Below are positions 63,662 through 64,000 of a DNA stretch of 64,000 nucleotides, piece by piece. Each line of letters starts with the position of its first letter. Within the stretch, counting starts at the first letter, position 1. A model generated the notes under the pieces. The model had not been told where the DNA came from and searched no databases. It saw nothing but the letters and a program-made list of their open reading frames with translations. Source of the stretch: an uncultured Oscillospiraceae bacterium (lineage in GTDB: Bacteria; Bacillota; Clostridia; Oscillospirales; Oscillospiraceae); NCBI GenBank assembly GCA_947630345.1, contig CANRHF010000001.1, positions 5,341-69,340 on the forward strand, written 5' to 3'. A program made the position numbers and the translations under genes.

Positions 63662-64000
63662 TTATACCACCTCGGCCTTTCCGCCTGCCTGCTCGATGAT
63701 ATCCTTGGCAGACTGGGAGAAAGCCGACGCTTTCACGGTGAGGCGCTTGTTCAGTTTTCCGTTGGCCAGGACCTTCACGCCGTTGGCGCAGCTGTGGATC
63801 ACGCCCTTGTCCATCAGGGCCTGGGCGTCCACGGTGTCGCCGTCTTCAAAGCAGCGGTTCAGCGCCGCCAGATTGACCTGAGCCATGGGCTTGGCGAAAA
63901 TGTTGTGGAAGCCGCGCTTGGGGACCCGGCGGGCCAGAGGCATCTGGCCGCCTTCAAACCCGGCCCGGACCTTGCCGCCGGAGCGGGCCTTCTGGCCCTT
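63662..64000 (-). CDS. rplO: 50S ribosomal protein L15 (5' end outside window)
   Basis: [26 protein letters not shown]. Confidence 0.96.
   Translation of the reverse strand, partial: KGQKARSGGKVRAGFEGGQMPLARRVPKRGFHNIFAKPMAQVNLAALNRCFEDGDTVDAQALMDKGVIHSCANGVKVLANGKLNKRLTVKASAFSQSAKDIIEQAGGKAEVV

Noticed and set aside
57494-64000. Novelty in the ribosomal protein/alpha operon
   Set aside because: Gene order and content are ordinary for Clostridia

Overview
About 51.7 kb (1 to ~51746) is most of a temperate prophage with a lambda-like head and a P2-like contractile tail. Its host is a spore-forming Clostridia member (Oscillospiraceae-like; inferred from spoVAC and gene style). Reading leftwards on the minus strand from the right end: large serine integrase and CI/Cro switch, recombination/replication genes, a methyltransferase-helicase fusion and accessory genes, a five-gene operon (Na+:solute symporter, two PAPS-reductase-like PP-loop enzymes, two ParB-fold proteins), a ~1.1 kb cluster of tRNAs and tRNA-like/structured RNAs, then packaging, head, tail and lysis genes. 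A plus-strand accessory region at the left edge carries a hammerhead ribozyme. The right junction is the 3' fragment of a tRNA (probably tRNA-Glu), and the integrase frame reads through it. The other prophage end lies left of the window. The remaining ~12 kb is host: spoVAC, two MacB-like ABC fusions and the rplO-secY-adk-map-infA-rpmJ-rpsM-rpsK-rpsD-rpoA-rplQ operon. The best candidates for undescribed biology are the symporter/PP-loop/ParB operon with its structured leader, the adjacent tRNA-mimic RNA cluster, and a SinI-like small ORF antisense to cI. All family calls come from motif recognition by eye; no database searches were run.
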